NCBI GenBank assembly: GCA_964608495.1
Contig: CAZSOQ010000001.1
Span: forward strand, 8,376 to 72,375
Length of the DNA stretch: 64,000 bases
Source of the DNA: an uncultured Armatimonadia bacterium
GTDB lineage: Bacteria; Armatimonadota; Zipacnadia; Zipacnadales; FEN-943
Reading direction: 5' to 3'
Part shown: piece by piece, positions 19,382-28,823 of the stretch
Position numbering within the stretch: the first letter of the stretch is position 1
Layout: the number at the start of each line of letters is the position of its first letter
The notes under the pieces: generated by a model
What the model saw: only the letters and a program-made list of their open reading frames with translations
Told to the model about the DNA's origin: nothing
The model's database searches: none
Program-made: the position numbers and the translations under genes

Positions 19382-20521
19382 ATGACAGGCGGCAATCGCA
19401 TCCTGCGGGCGCTTCGGGGCGAATCGCTGGACCGGGTGCCCATCGAGATACCGATCCCGCTAGACCTGGTGCGCTGGGGGGAGGGATGGCGCCCCGAGGG
19501 CGGCTGGATGGCGGAGGAGAACTACCTGCGGGTCGCCGAGGCGGCTGGCGAGCACTGCGACAGCTTCTGGGGCTGCCCCGGCGTGGGGCACCTGTTCGAC
19601 CGGCGCTTCGCGATGGTGCCGGCGGAGCGGGTGCACATCGCCAGCGACGAGAGGGTCAACGGCAGGCGCACCGTCACCTACGTGGTGTCCACGCCGCGCG
19701 GGGACCTGAGGACGGTCGAGACCTTCGACGAGGGCGTCAACACCTGGTGGTACCCCGAGCCGCTGTGCAAGAGCAAGGAGGACGCGGAGAAGCTGCTGTC
19801 GGTGCCCTTCGAGGTGGGGGAAGTGGACCTGAGCCAGTACCTGCAGGCGCGGGAGCGGGCCGGTGAGCGAGTGGCGCCTCAGGTGAGCATCTCGACGCCG
19901 CTGGTGAGCGCCGGTCGCCTCCTCCACTTCGACCAATGGCTGGAGTGGTGCGCCAGCGACTTCGGCTTCGTGGACCGGCTCGTGGCGGCGCACGCCGAGC
20001 GGATCGGCGCTCGGCTGAAGGCCGTGCTGGAGGCCGGCGTGGGGCCGGTCTTCTGGTTCGGCGGCTCGGAGCAGGCCACGCCGCCGATGATGTCGCGCGA
20101 GCTGTTCGAGAAGCTGGTGGTGAAGTACGACGGGCCGCTGATGCGGATGGTCAAGGACTGCGGGTGCTACGTGCACGTGCACTGCCACGGCAAGGTGGAC
20201 GCCGTGCTGGAGCATTTCATGGACATGGGCGCGGACTGCCTGGACCCCTGCGAGCCTCACCCGGACGGCGACCTGGACTTCGCCGAGGCCAAGCGGAGGG
20301 CGCGGGGGCGGATGGTGCTGATCGGGAACATCGAGTTCCGGCACATGGAGCACCTGACGCCGGACCAGATCGAGGAGAAGGTCAAGCGCGCGATCCTCGA
20401 CGGGGGCCCCAAGGGCATGATCCTGGGGCTGTCCGCCACCGGGATATCGAGCGTCACGGACCGGTATCGCGACAACTGCCTGCGCTACATCGAGGCGGGA
20501 CTGGAGTATGGCGCGAGGTGA
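19382..20521 (+). CDS. Uroporphyrinogen decarboxylase (URO-D) / MtaA-CmuA-like methyltransferase family protein
   Basis: URO-D fold blocks, with HVHCHGK (H-x-C) and later Cys residues resembling the Zn site of methylcobamide:CoM methyltransferases. No signal peptide. Confidence 0.65.
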   Translation: MTGGNRILRALRGESLDRVPIEIPIPLDLVRWGEGWRPEGGWMAEENYLRVAEAAGEHCDSFWGCPGVGHLFDRRFAMVPAERVHIASDERVNGRRTVTYVVSTPRGDLRTVETFDEGVNTWWYPEPLCKSKEDAEKLLSVPFEVGEVDLSQYLQARERAGERVAPQVSISTPLVSAGRLLHFDQWLEWCASDFGFVDRLVAAHAERIGARLKAVLEAGVGPVFWFGGSEQATPPMMSRELFEKLVVKYDGPLMRMVKDCGCYVHVHCHGKVDAVLEHFMDMGADCLDPCEPHPDGDLDFAEAKRRARGRMVLIGNIEFRHMEHLTPDQIEEKVKRAILDGGPKGMILGLSATGISSVTDRYRDNCLRYIEAGLEYGAR

Positions 20522-20569
20522 CGCGAGGCCCGGTCGGCCGGGGGCCGCGCCAAGCCGGAGGGCTGCCTC

Positions 20570-23500
20570 ATGCGAGCCGTTGCTGTGGTTCTGATCGCCG
20601 GCACACTGCTGCCGGCCGGGCGGGCCGATGCCGCCACGGTCACGGAAAGGGCCGGCGGCCTGGAGCTAGCCAACGATTGCGTGGCCCGCACGATAGGCGT
20701 GGGCGACCAGGCGGGCCTCACCACGCGCTGGGCGAACCCGCGGCGCGGGCAGGTCTGCGGGGTCGAGTCGGACGAGTTCCGGCTGAGACTGCGGAGGGGC
20801 GAGAAGGAGTATGTCCTGACCGGCCGCGACGCCCCGGGCGAGCCGCGGGTCATCTCGCGCGGGCCCACCGCCACGGTCGTCGTCAAGTGGCGTTTCGAGG
20901 AGCCGGGCGTGGAAGTGGAGGCGGTGCATCAGCTCGTGGGCGCGCAGGCGGTGATGCGCAAGTACCTGCTGATCTCGTCCACGGGCGGGGAGGACCTGGT
21001 GCTGCTGGACGTGGAGGTCGAGCGGCTGCGGCTGGGCCCGCCGCCGGTCGAGATCCAGGGCGTGAAGCTCGAGGCCCCGAAGCCGACCCTGGCGGGGGGC
21101 CTGGGCAAGCCCGTCTTCATCGGCAGCTTCTTCGCGGGGCTGGAGTACCCCATGGGCGAGGCGTCGGTGCACGAGGGCACGCTGATCCTCGCCCATCACC
21201 CGGGCAGACCGCTGGGCAGCGATCGGCTGCAGAGCAAGACCGCCGTGCTGGGCGCGGCGGGCATGGGCGAGACGGTGAGCGAAGCGTTCCTGGACTACGT
21301 GGGCGGCATCCGCCCCAACGCCCGCAAGCCGTTGCGGCACTATATCGTCCAGAAGCAGTTCCTGGTGGGGCGGACGTTCAAGTGCGAGGAGTACATCGCC
21401 GCGGCCGAGCAGTTCCGCGACAAGCTGTACGGGCCTCACGGCGTCGCGCCGGACGGGCTGAACGTGTGGAACTACTACCTGCACGGGCCGGGCCTCTTCG
21501 CCTGGGACACCGCCAAGTACCCCGAGGGCTTCGGGCCGCTGAGGAAGGTCCTGGATAGCTTCGGGGTCGGGCTGGGGATCTGGGTGAGCTTCTACTGCCA
21601 CGAGGGGTGCGACCTCAACTGGGGCGCGCAGCAGGGGTACGAGGTGGACCAGCCCGAGCGGGGCTGGCTTGGCGGCAGCTACTGCCTGGCGGGGCCCAGG
21701 TACTACGAGGACTATAGCCGGCGAGTGCTGGAGCTGGTGCGCGAGAACGGCGTGCAGTTCATGCACATTGACTTCAACCGGTTCGACTGCAACGCCAGCG
21801 ACCACGGCCACCTGCCGGGCGTGTACGGCCGCGAGGCGCGGATGGACGCCGAGATCCGTCTGCTGACGGCCCTGCGGGAGATCAACCCGGACCTGTTCCT
21901 GATGATGGGCTGCGGCTCGTACAAGAGCCCGTGGCTGCTGCAGTACTTCGACGTGATCTGGCCCGACTTGGGGGGAGACACGGGCCTGTGCGACGTGCCG
22001 GCGGCCATGCCTCGCGACAACGAGATCACGCTGCGCGACATCCACTACCGCAGGCGGATGCTCGAGGAGCCTGAGGTCTACATGCCCACGTGGGGGTGGT
22101 GGACCCACGAGCCGCTCTTCAACCGCGGCGAGGCGGCGGCGAGAGCCGCGGAGCTGTGCGGGCTGAGCCTGCAGGAGAAGTGGGAAGACAACGTGGTCAT
22201 GGACATGAGCCGCGGCACGCGCTGCTGGGCCATGCACTTCGACACGGAGCTTATGAACGCCGGCGAGGGGAACTGGCGGTGGCTGGCCTCGGCGATGAAG
22301 TGGGCCCGCGGGCATCACCCGCTGATGACGAGGACCTGGCTCGTGGGCGGCGATCCCGAGAAGGAAGAGGTCTACGGCTACGCCCACGCCGACAGCGAGC
22401 GGGTCATCATCACGGTGCACAACCCGTCGTCCGCCACGCAGGAGTTCCGGATAGGGCTGGGCGAGGCGCTGGCTCTGCGGCCCGAGCGGCTGGCCCTGCG
22501 CGCGCTCTACCCATACCAGGTGATCCAGCCCGAGGCCTATCGCGTCGGCCAGGTCGTCAGCCGGCCGGTGCCGGGCAACCAGGTCATGATGTTCGAGTTC
22601 TGCCCCGTGGAGGACGTCGCGGACCTGCCGGTGGGAGTGCCCTTCCGCTTCGACGATGCGGGCCGATGCGTGCTGCTGAATCTGCCGGGGAGCGAGGCGG
22701 ACGTGAGGCGGGGAGTCGAAGGCGAGGCCACGAAGGTGCGCTTCCCAGGCCGGGCGTCCAGGCCCGAGATCGGGAAGCTCGAGGTCGAGCGGGTCGGACA
22801 GGCGATTCGGGGGAAGACGAGCGTGGCGCGAGAGGACGGGCAGGGCGAGCTGGTGGTGACGCTTAGGTTCGCGGCCGCCGTGAAGCGCCTGCCCGAGGCC
22901 GAGTTCCGGCTGGAGGGCCGGGAGGTGGCCTTCACGACCGTGGCCTATGCCCCGACGCCCGGTCCCGGCGTCCAGCGGGCGCCCACGAAGTTCGTGGCCT
23001 ATCGCCTTCCCGTGACGGGGAAAGGGCAGTGCGAGTTCAGCATCGAGTTCGGGAGGCCGTTCTACGACACGCAGGTGGAAGCGGTGCTGAGGGCCTACCT
23101 GCCGGTCGTCGAGACGCCGTGTCCGTGGCCGGTCGAGCAGGGAGAGCGGCCGATGCTGCCGGCCCCGCACGACCAGCGCGGCGCCGTGCTGAGCGTGCTG
23201 AACGGCGGGAGCGTGTCGGTCGAGGGGACGCGCAAGCCGATGACGGCGACGAGCTCGTCCTGCTGGCAGGAGACGGGCCATGAGCCGTGGCGGGCCGTGG
23301 ACGGGGCCCCGGCGACCTTCTGGACCTCGGCGACGACGAAGGACGAAGGGCTCGAGGTGGACCTGGGGCAGGAGATGACGGTGAAGGGCGTGACGGTGCT
23401 GTGGTACGCGCCGTGGAAGGTGGGGCACTACAAGATCGAGGTGTGGCGCGACGGCGAGTGGGCCGAGGTCGTGGACCGCACCGATGAGGACGGCAGGGGC

Positions 23501-23641
23501 GACGAGGCCGGTGCCTACCGCACCGAGGACACCTTCGAGCCGGTGCCGACGACGAAGCTGCGCCTGCGGATCCTGACCGTGAACCCCGGCAGCGCGAACA
23601 CGGCGGTCCGGGAGCTGGAGGTGCTGACGGACGAGGACTGA
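20570..23641 (+). CDS. Secreted glycoside hydrolase (clan GH-D / GH36-like TIM barrel suspected) with a C-terminal F5/8 type C (discoidin) domain
   Basis: Signal peptide MRAVAVVLIAGTLLPAGRADA. FMHIDFNRFDCN resembles a melibiase-type catalytic region. The C-terminal WRAVDGAPATFWTS...LRLRILTV is a discoidin domain. Confidence 0.5.
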   Translation: MRAVAVVLIAGTLLPAGRADAATVTERAGGLELANDCVARTIGVGDQAGLTTRWANPRRGQVCGVESDEFRLRLRRGEKEYVLTGRDAPGEPRVISRGPTATVVVKWRFEEPGVEVEAVHQLVGAQAVMRKYLLISSTGGEDLVLLDVEVERLRLGPPPVEIQGVKLEAPKPTLAGGLGKPVFIGSFFAGLEYPMGEASVHEGTLILAHHPGRPLGSDRLQSKTAVLGAAGMGETVSEAFLDYVGGIRPNARKPLRHYIVQKQFLVGRTFKCEEYIAAAEQFRDKLYGPHGVAPDGLNVWNYYLHGPGLFAWDTAKYPEGFGPLRKVLDSFGVGLGIWVSFYCHEGCDLNWGAQQGYEVDQPERGWLGGSYCLAGPRYYEDYSRRVLELVRENGVQFMHIDFNRFDCNASDHGHLPGVYGREARMDAEIRLLTALREINPDLFLMMGCGSYKSPWLLQYFDVIWPDLGGDTGLCDVPAAMPRDNEITLRDIHYRRRMLEEPEVYMPTWGWWTHEPLFNRGEAAARAAELCGLSLQEKWEDNVVMDMSRGTRCWAMHFDTELMNAGEGNWRWLASAMKWARGHHPLMTRTWLVGGDPEKEEVYGYAHADSERVIITVHNPSSATQEFRIGLGEALALRPERLALRALYPYQVIQPEAYRVGQVVSRPVPGNQVMMFEFCPVEDVADLPVGVPFRFDDAGRCVLLNLPGSEADVRRGVEGEATKVRFPGRASRPEIGKLEVERVGQAIRGKTSVAREDGQGELVVTLRFAAAVKRLPEAEFRLEGREVAFTTVAYAPTPGPGVQRAPTKFVAYRLPVTGKGQCEFSIEFGRPFYDTQVEAVLRAYLPVVETPCPWPVEQGERPMLPAPHDQRGAVLSVLNGGSVSVEGTRKPMTATSSSCWQETGHEPWRAVDGAPATFWTSATTKDEGLEVDLGQEMTVKGVTVLWYAPWKVGHYKIEVWRDGEWAEVVDRTDEDGRGDEAGAYRTEDTFEPVPTTKLRLRILTVNPGSANTAVRELEVLTDED

Positions 23642-23719
23642 GTTCCCGCGCGCGACGACCGCGCCACGGCCGCTCTCGCGGCGCTAAGTAGTTGCTCGTG
23701 ATGACATAGGGCGAGCGTA

Positions 23720-23736
23720 GGGGCAAGCAAAGCCCC
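23720..23736 (+). terminator. GC hairpin GGGGC-aagcaaa-GCCCC downstream of the discoidin-GH gene; putative terminator
   Basis: 5-bp perfect stem 79 nt after the stop at 23641. No T-tract, so intrinsic-terminator function is uncertain in this high-GC genome. Confidence 0.3.
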
Positions 23737-23767
23737 GTCACTGCAAACACCCTGGGGCTCTGCCCGA

Positions 23768-23874
23768 GGCTGCGCAGAAAGCGCCGGAAAAGCAGTACTG
23801 CGCAGCGTAGTAGTGTGACCCTTGGGCTATAAGCCTGTACGGCGCAGGTAGGCCCGCGCACTTTCTGCGCAGCC
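23768..23874. repeat. Large inverted repeat (18-19 bp arms GGCTGCGCAGAAAGCGCC / GCGCACTTTCTGCGCAGCC) enclosing three copies of the 8-bp palindrome CTGCGCAG, in a convergent intergenic region
   Basis: Arms at 23768-23785 and 23856-23874. CTGCGCAG occurs at about 23770, 23798 and 23864. Confidence 0.6.
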
Positions 23875-24048
23875 TGGCCCCAGACCCCGCAGGGGCCGGG
23901 AGGTGCTGTGCACCTCTCGCCCCTGACCCCATTATCCGCGCAGTTGCGTCGGCCGCGTGCCAGGGCCTGGGCCGCGGATGACACGGTGGGCTCGGCTGCC
24001 CCTCCGCCGAGTGTCTGTCCAGGGGTGTGTTGGGCTCGGACGGGCGGA

Positions 24049-25356
24049 TCAGGACTGGCGGTTGTCTACCACCCGGGGGAAGGGCGATCCCTCCGGGGCG
24101 AGGCTGTTGGGCTCCAACAGGGTGACCTTCACGTCCAGGCCGAGGAGCTGCTGAAGTCTCTGGGCTACCTGGGTGTGGATGCGCATGATACCCTCGGTGA
24201 TGTCCGAGGCGAGGCCGGCCATCTCGACGCGGACGTCAAGGGTCTCGCGGGCGCCCTCGCGGTCCACCACAAGCTGGAAGCGCGGGCCGAGGGCCGGGGA
24301 CTCGGCCAGGACGGCGGCGATGTCGGCGGGGAAGACGTTGATGCCGTGGATGATGACCATGTCGTCCGCGCGCCGGGCCACGCGGGCCATGCGAGCGGAG
24401 GTGCGGCCGCAGGGACAGGGGGACGTGTCGAGGCGGGAGACATCGCCGGAGCGATAGCGCAGTAGGGGAAGAGCCTCGCGGGCGAGGGTGGTGAAGACGA
24501 GCTCGCCTTCCTGGCCCTCGGGGAGGACCTGGCCGGTGGCGGGGTCCACGACCTCGACGAGGAAGTGGTCTTCGGCGAGGTGAAGGCCGTTGCGCTCAGG
24601 GCACTCGCCGGCGACGCCGGGGCCGCCCATCTCGTTGAGGCCGTAGATGTCGTAGGCCTGGATGTAGAGCCGGGCCTCGATCTCGCGGCGGGTGTCCTCG
24701 CTCCAGGGCTCGGCGCCGAAGAGGCCCACGCGCAGGGAGAGGGAGTTGGGGTCCACCCCCATCTCCTCCATGGCCTCGGCGATCTCGAGGGCGTAGGAGG
24801 GCATGCCCACCAGCGCGGTGGTGCGGAAGTCCTGCATGATCTGGACCTGCTGGTGAAGCTCGGCGCTGGAGACGGGCAGGACGGAGGCGCCGATGGCCTC
24901 GGCGCCCTGGTGCAGGCCGAAGCCACCGGTGAAGAGGCCGTAGCCGAAGAAGATCTGGACGACGTCCTCGCGCGTGATGCCCCCCGCGGCGAGGTTGCGG
25001 GCGACGAGCTCGGTCCAGTGAGCCAGGTCGTTGGCCGTGTAGGCCATGACCGTAGGGGCGCCGGTGGTGCCCGAGGACATGTGGAAGCGGACCACCTCGC
25101 GCAGCGGGACGGCCACCATGTCGTAGGGGTAGCTGGCGCGCAGGTCCTGCTTGGTGGTGAAGGGGAGCTTGCGCAGGTCCGCGACGCTCTGGACGTCCTC
25201 CGGCTGCAGGCCCAGCTCGTCCAGGATGCGCCGGTAGTGCACGACGTTCTTGTAGGCGCGGTTGATCGTCGCCTGCATGCGCTCTAGCTGGAGCTGGGTG
25301 AGCTCGGCGCGGGACATCGCCTCGTAGCGAGGGCTGTGGATCGGCGAGCCGCTCAT
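24049..25356 (-). CDS. paaK: Phenylacetate--CoA ligase
   Basis: SSGTTGAPTV AMP-binding motif, and PaaK-specific blocks YDIYGLNEMGGPGVAGEC and LVFTTLAREALPLLRYRSGD. Confidence 0.85.
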   Translation of the reverse strand: MSGSPIHSPRYEAMSRAELTQLQLERMQATINRAYKNVVHYRRILDELGLQPEDVQSVADLRKLPFTTKQDLRASYPYDMVAVPLREVVRFHMSSGTTGAPTVMAYTANDLAHWTELVARNLAAGGITREDVVQIFFGYGLFTGGFGLHQGAEAIGASVLPVSSAELHQQVQIMQDFRTTALVGMPSYALEIAEAMEEMGVDPNSLSLRVGLFGAEPWSEDTRREIEARLYIQAYDIYGLNEMGGPGVAGECPERNGLHLAEDHFLVEVVDPATGQVLPEGQEGELVFTTLAREALPLLRYRSGDVSRLDTSPCPCGRTSARMARVARRADDMVIIHGINVFPADIAAVLAESPALGPRFQLVVDREGARETLDVRVEMAGLASDITEGIMRIHTQVAQRLQQLLGLDVKVTLLEPNSLAPEGSPFPRVVDNRQS

Positions 25357-25359
25357 AGG

Positions 25360-26106
25360 TCACACCTCGTCGTAGTCCTTGCCCAGGTAGGCCCGGCGGA
25401 CGTCACGGTTGCGCAGGAGCTCCTCCGCCGTTCCCTCCAGGACTATCTTCCCCGTTTCCATCACGTAGCCGCGGTCGGCGATCCTCAGGGCGGCGCGCGC
25501 GTTCTGCTCGACCAGCAGGATCGTGGTGCCCTGGTCGCGCAACAGGGAGACGGTCTGCATGATCTGCCGTGAGATCCTGGGGGCCAGGCCCAGGCAGGGC
25601 TCGTCGAGGACGAGCAGGCGAGGACCGGCCATGAGGGCGCGCCCGATAGCCAGCATCTGCTGCTCCCCGCCCGAGAGGCTGCCCGCCCGCTGATGCTGGC
25701 GCTCCTCGAGGATGGGGAAGAGGCTGAGGACGCGGCTGAGGGTGTCGGCCACGGCCGCCTTCTTGCGGGACCTGAAGCGGGTGTAGGCCCCGAGGGAAAG
25801 GTTGTCGCGCACGGAGAGCGGGCCGAAGACCTGGCGCCCCTCGGGGACCTGGGTGATGCCCAGGCGCACGAGGGCCTCGGGGGAGTGGCCGGTGATGTCC
25901 CTGCCGTCGAAAGAGATCTTGCCGCTGGAGGGCTTGAGCAGGCCGCAGATGGCCCGCAGGGCGGTGGTCTTGCCGGCTCCGTTCGCGCCCAGCACGGCCA
26001 CGATCTCGCCGTCGTTGACGTGCATGGCCAGGCCCTTGAGCACGTGCAGTCGCCCATAGTAGGCGTTCACGCCCGCCAGCGTCAGCAGCAGGGCCCCCCC
26101 GCTCAC
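25360..26106 (-). CDS. livF: Branched-chain/aromatic amino acid ABC transporter ATP-binding protein (LivF type)
   Basis: Walker A GANGAGKTT, signature LSGGEQQML, LVLDEP. Confidence 0.85.
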   Translation of the reverse strand: MSGGALLLTLAGVNAYYGRLHVLKGLAMHVNDGEIVAVLGANGAGKTTALRAICGLLKPSSGKISFDGRDITGHSPEALVRLGITQVPEGRQVFGPLSVRDNLSLGAYTRFRSRKKAAVADTLSRVLSLFPILEERQHQRAGSLSGGEQQMLAIGRALMAGPRLLVLDEPCLGLAPRISRQIMQTVSLLRDQGTTILLVEQNARAALRIADRGYVMETGKIVLEGTAEELLRNRDVRRAYLGKDYDEV

Positions 26107-26885
26107 GCTTCGCCCTCCTCGCCGAGATAGGCAGCGATCACCTTCGGGTCGCTCTGGATCTCCGTCGGCGTGCCCATCGCTATCAGTCTTGCCTGGTCCA
26201 GCACGGCCACACGCTGGCAGACGTTCATCACCAGCGTCATGTCGTGCTCGATGAGCACCGTGGTCAGGCCACGGGCGGCCAGGCGCTGGATGAGCTCGCC
26301 GAGCACCTCGGTCTCGCGGGTCGTGAGGCCCGCCGCGGGCTCGTCGAGGAGCAACAGTCGGGGCTCGCCCGCCAGGGCCCGCGCCACCTCGACCAGTCGC
26401 TGCTGGCCGGGGGGCAGGCTGGCGGCGGGCTGCAAGGCCAGGTCGGCGAGGCCCACGAAGTCCAGCTGCCCACGAGCCGCCTCTCTCAGGCGGGCCTCCT
26501 CGCGCCGCCCCGAGGGGAAGCGGAACATGATGTTGAGCAGGCCGGCGTGGCCGTGACGATGGCGGCCGGTGAGGACATTGTCCAGGACGCTCATGCTGGT
26601 GAAGGTCTGGAGGTTCTGGAAGGTGCGGGCGATGCCCAGGGCGGCGATGCGGTCCTGAGAGCGGCGGGCCAGGGGTTCGCCCGCCAGCATGACGGCGCCG
26701 CTGGTGGGGCGGTAGATGCCCGAGATGACGTTGAAGAGGGTGGTCTTACCGGCGCCGTTGGGCCCGATGAGGCCGAAGACGCCGCCGTCGGGAACGTCGA
26801 AGGACACACCGTCCAGGGCGACGACGCCGCCGAAGGTCTTGCGGAGCTGGGAGACGTGAAGGAGGAGCGGGGCGTCAGGCGGCAC
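26103..26885 (-). CDS. livG: Branched-chain amino acid ABC transporter ATP-binding protein (LivG type)
   Basis: Walker A GPNGAGKTT and LivG-specific blocks. Overlaps livF by 4 bp. Confidence 0.85.
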   Translation of the reverse strand: MPPDAPLLLHVSQLRKTFGGVVALDGVSFDVPDGGVFGLIGPNGAGKTTLFNVISGIYRPTSGAVMLAGEPLARRSQDRIAALGIARTFQNLQTFTSMSVLDNVLTGRHRHGHAGLLNIMFRFPSGRREEARLREAARGQLDFVGLADLALQPAASLPPGQQRLVEVARALAGEPRLLLLDEPAAGLTTRETEVLGELIQRLAARGLTTVLIEHDMTLVMNVCQRVAVLDQARLIAMGTPTEIQSDPKVIAAYLGEEGEA

Positions 26886-27846
26886 GGCGGGCTCCCCCCC
26901 TCTTGCGCAGGCCGCCGGCGATGCCCTGGGGCTGGAAGAGCAGGACGAGGATGAGGATGACGCCGAAGAGGACGACGTCGAGGTCCTTGGCGGGCGGGTA
27001 GAGGCCCCCGAGCTGGACGAGGAGCTGGTGGGTCACGGTCAGGGTGGCGGCCCCGATGACCGGTCCCCAGAGCGTGGCCGCGCCGCCGACGACAACCATG
27101 AGGACCAACTCGATGGAGAAGGCGAAGCCGAAGGGAGCCGGGTTGACGAAGTTGACGGTGTGGGCGTAGAAGCTGCCGGCGAGCGAGGCGTAGACGGCGC
27201 TGAGCACGAAGACCATGAGCTTGAGGCTTGCGGTATTGACGGCGCAACTGCGCGCGGCGACCTCGCTGTCGTGGACGGCCCGCATGGCTCTGCCGAGACG
27301 GGAGCGGAGCAGATTGCGCGACAGGAGGACCTGGAGGAGGACGAAAGGCCAGACCAGGCAGTAGATGCGCAGGTCGCTGCCGAAGACGAAGCCGCCGATG
27401 CTGAGGTCACGGATGCCGGGCAAGCCGGAGGGACCGCCGGTGATCTCGCCGCCCTCGTTGAAGAGGATGGTCATGATGAGGCCGAAGCCGAGGGTGGCCA
27501 TGGCGAGGTAGTGGCCGTGGAGCCTGAGGGTGGGACGGCCGACGAGGTAGGCGCACAGGCCGGTGCCGACGGCAGAGACGGCCATGGCGAGCCAGGGGTC
27601 CCAGCCGAGGTGAAGGGTGAGCATGGCCGAGCCGTAGGCGCCGAGGCCATAGAAGGCGGCGTGACCGAGGGAGATCTGGCCGGCGAAGCCGAGCAGGAGG
27701 CCGACGCCCAGGGCGGCCATGCTGTAGATGCCGATGAAGACGCCGACGCTGAGGGTGTAGGCGTCGGGGGCGAGCAGAGGGACGGCGACGACGAGGACGG
27801 CGGCGACGAGGAAGCCGAGGATCTCGCGCTTGCGCTCGGGCGACAC
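26875..27846 (-). CDS. livM: Branched-chain amino acid ABC transporter permease (LivM type)
   Basis: Polytopic membrane protein with LivM blocks GQISLGHAAFYGLGAY. Confidence 0.8.
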   Translation of the reverse strand: MSPERKREILGFLVAAVLVVAVPLLAPDAYTLSVGVFIGIYSMAALGVGLLLGFAGQISLGHAAFYGLGAYGSAMLTLHLGWDPWLAMAVSAVGTGLCAYLVGRPTLRLHGHYLAMATLGFGLIMTILFNEGGEITGGPSGLPGIRDLSIGGFVFGSDLRIYCLVWPFVLLQVLLSRNLLRSRLGRAMRAVHDSEVAARSCAVNTASLKLMVFVLSAVYASLAGSFYAHTVNFVNPAPFGFAFSIELVLMVVVGGAATLWGPVIGAATLTVTHQLLVQLGGLYPPAKDLDVVLFGVILILVLLFQPQGIAGGLRKRGGARRAA

Positions 27847-27848
27847 CG

Positions 27849-28739
27849 TCAGAGTCCCTCCGTGTGCTGGGAGCCGAAGAGGCCGCCGGGGCGAAGGAAG
27901 AGGACGAGGATGAGGATGAGGAAGGCGAAGGCGTTCTGGTAGCCGGAGCAGCCCTCGGGCATGAAGCCGACGGCGAGGTTCTCGATGACGCCGACGAGGA
28001 CGCCGCCGACGACGGCGCCGAGGCCGTTGCCCAGGCCGCCGATGATGGCGCCGCAGAAGCCCTTCAGGGCGAGGACGGTGCCGCCGTCGTGGCTGGCGAA
28101 GGTGATGGGCGAGATGACCACGCCGGCGAGGCCGGACAGCGCGGCGCTGAGGGCAAAGGAGGCCTGGATCATGCGGCCGACGTTGATGCCGACCAGGCGA
28201 GCGGCCTCGACGTTGATGGCGCAGGCCTGCATGGCCTTGCCGGCGAGGGTGTGGTCGAAGAAGAGGCGGACGGTGATGACGGCGAGGGCCGCGAGGGCGA
28301 GGACCCAGAGGTACTGAAGGTGGACGGCGGCGCCGGCGAAGAGGACGGAGCGGTCACCGGAGAAGGCGGGCACGGCCAGGGAGGCAGGGCCCCAGATAAG
28401 CTTGGCGGCGCCGCGCAGGAGCACGGAGAGGCCGACGGTGATGATGATGAGCGTAACGACGGGTGAGCCGATGAGGGGCCTGATGGTAAGGCGCTCCATG
28501 AGCCAGCCGACCAGGGCGACGAGGAGGACGGCGAGGATGAGGGCTGCGAGCAGGGGTAGCTTGGCGACGACGTGGAGGCTATAGAAGAAGAGGCCGCCGA
28601 GGACGACGAACTCGCCCTGGGCGAAGTTGATGATGCCGGTGGCGTTGTAGATGATCGTGAAGCCGAGGGCCGCGAGGGCGTAGACCGCGCCCACCGTGAC
28701 ACCGGCCACGAGCAACTGGAAGATCTCTGCTGCATGCAT
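27849..28739 (-). CDS. livH: Branched-chain amino acid ABC transporter permease (LivH type)
   Basis: LivH blocks GIINFAQGEF and RLVGIN; membrane helices. Confidence 0.8.
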   Translation of the reverse strand: MHAAEIFQLLVAGVTVGAVYALAALGFTIIYNATGIINFAQGEFVVLGGLFFYSLHVVAKLPLLAALILAVLLVALVGWLMERLTIRPLIGSPVVTLIIITVGLSVLLRGAAKLIWGPASLAVPAFSGDRSVLFAGAAVHLQYLWVLALAALAVITVRLFFDHTLAGKAMQACAINVEAARLVGINVGRMIQASFALSAALSGLAGVVISPITFASHDGGTVLALKGFCGAIIGGLGNGLGAVVGGVLVGVIENLAVGFMPEGCSGYQNAFAFLILILVLFLRPGGLFGSQHTEGL

Positions 28740-28823
28740 GGGACGACTTGTCGGCGGCTGAAGACGGGCGCGAGGGCCGATCCGGGCGGCCCTCGCGCCA
28801 GGAGCCTCGGAGTCTTGGGTGCC

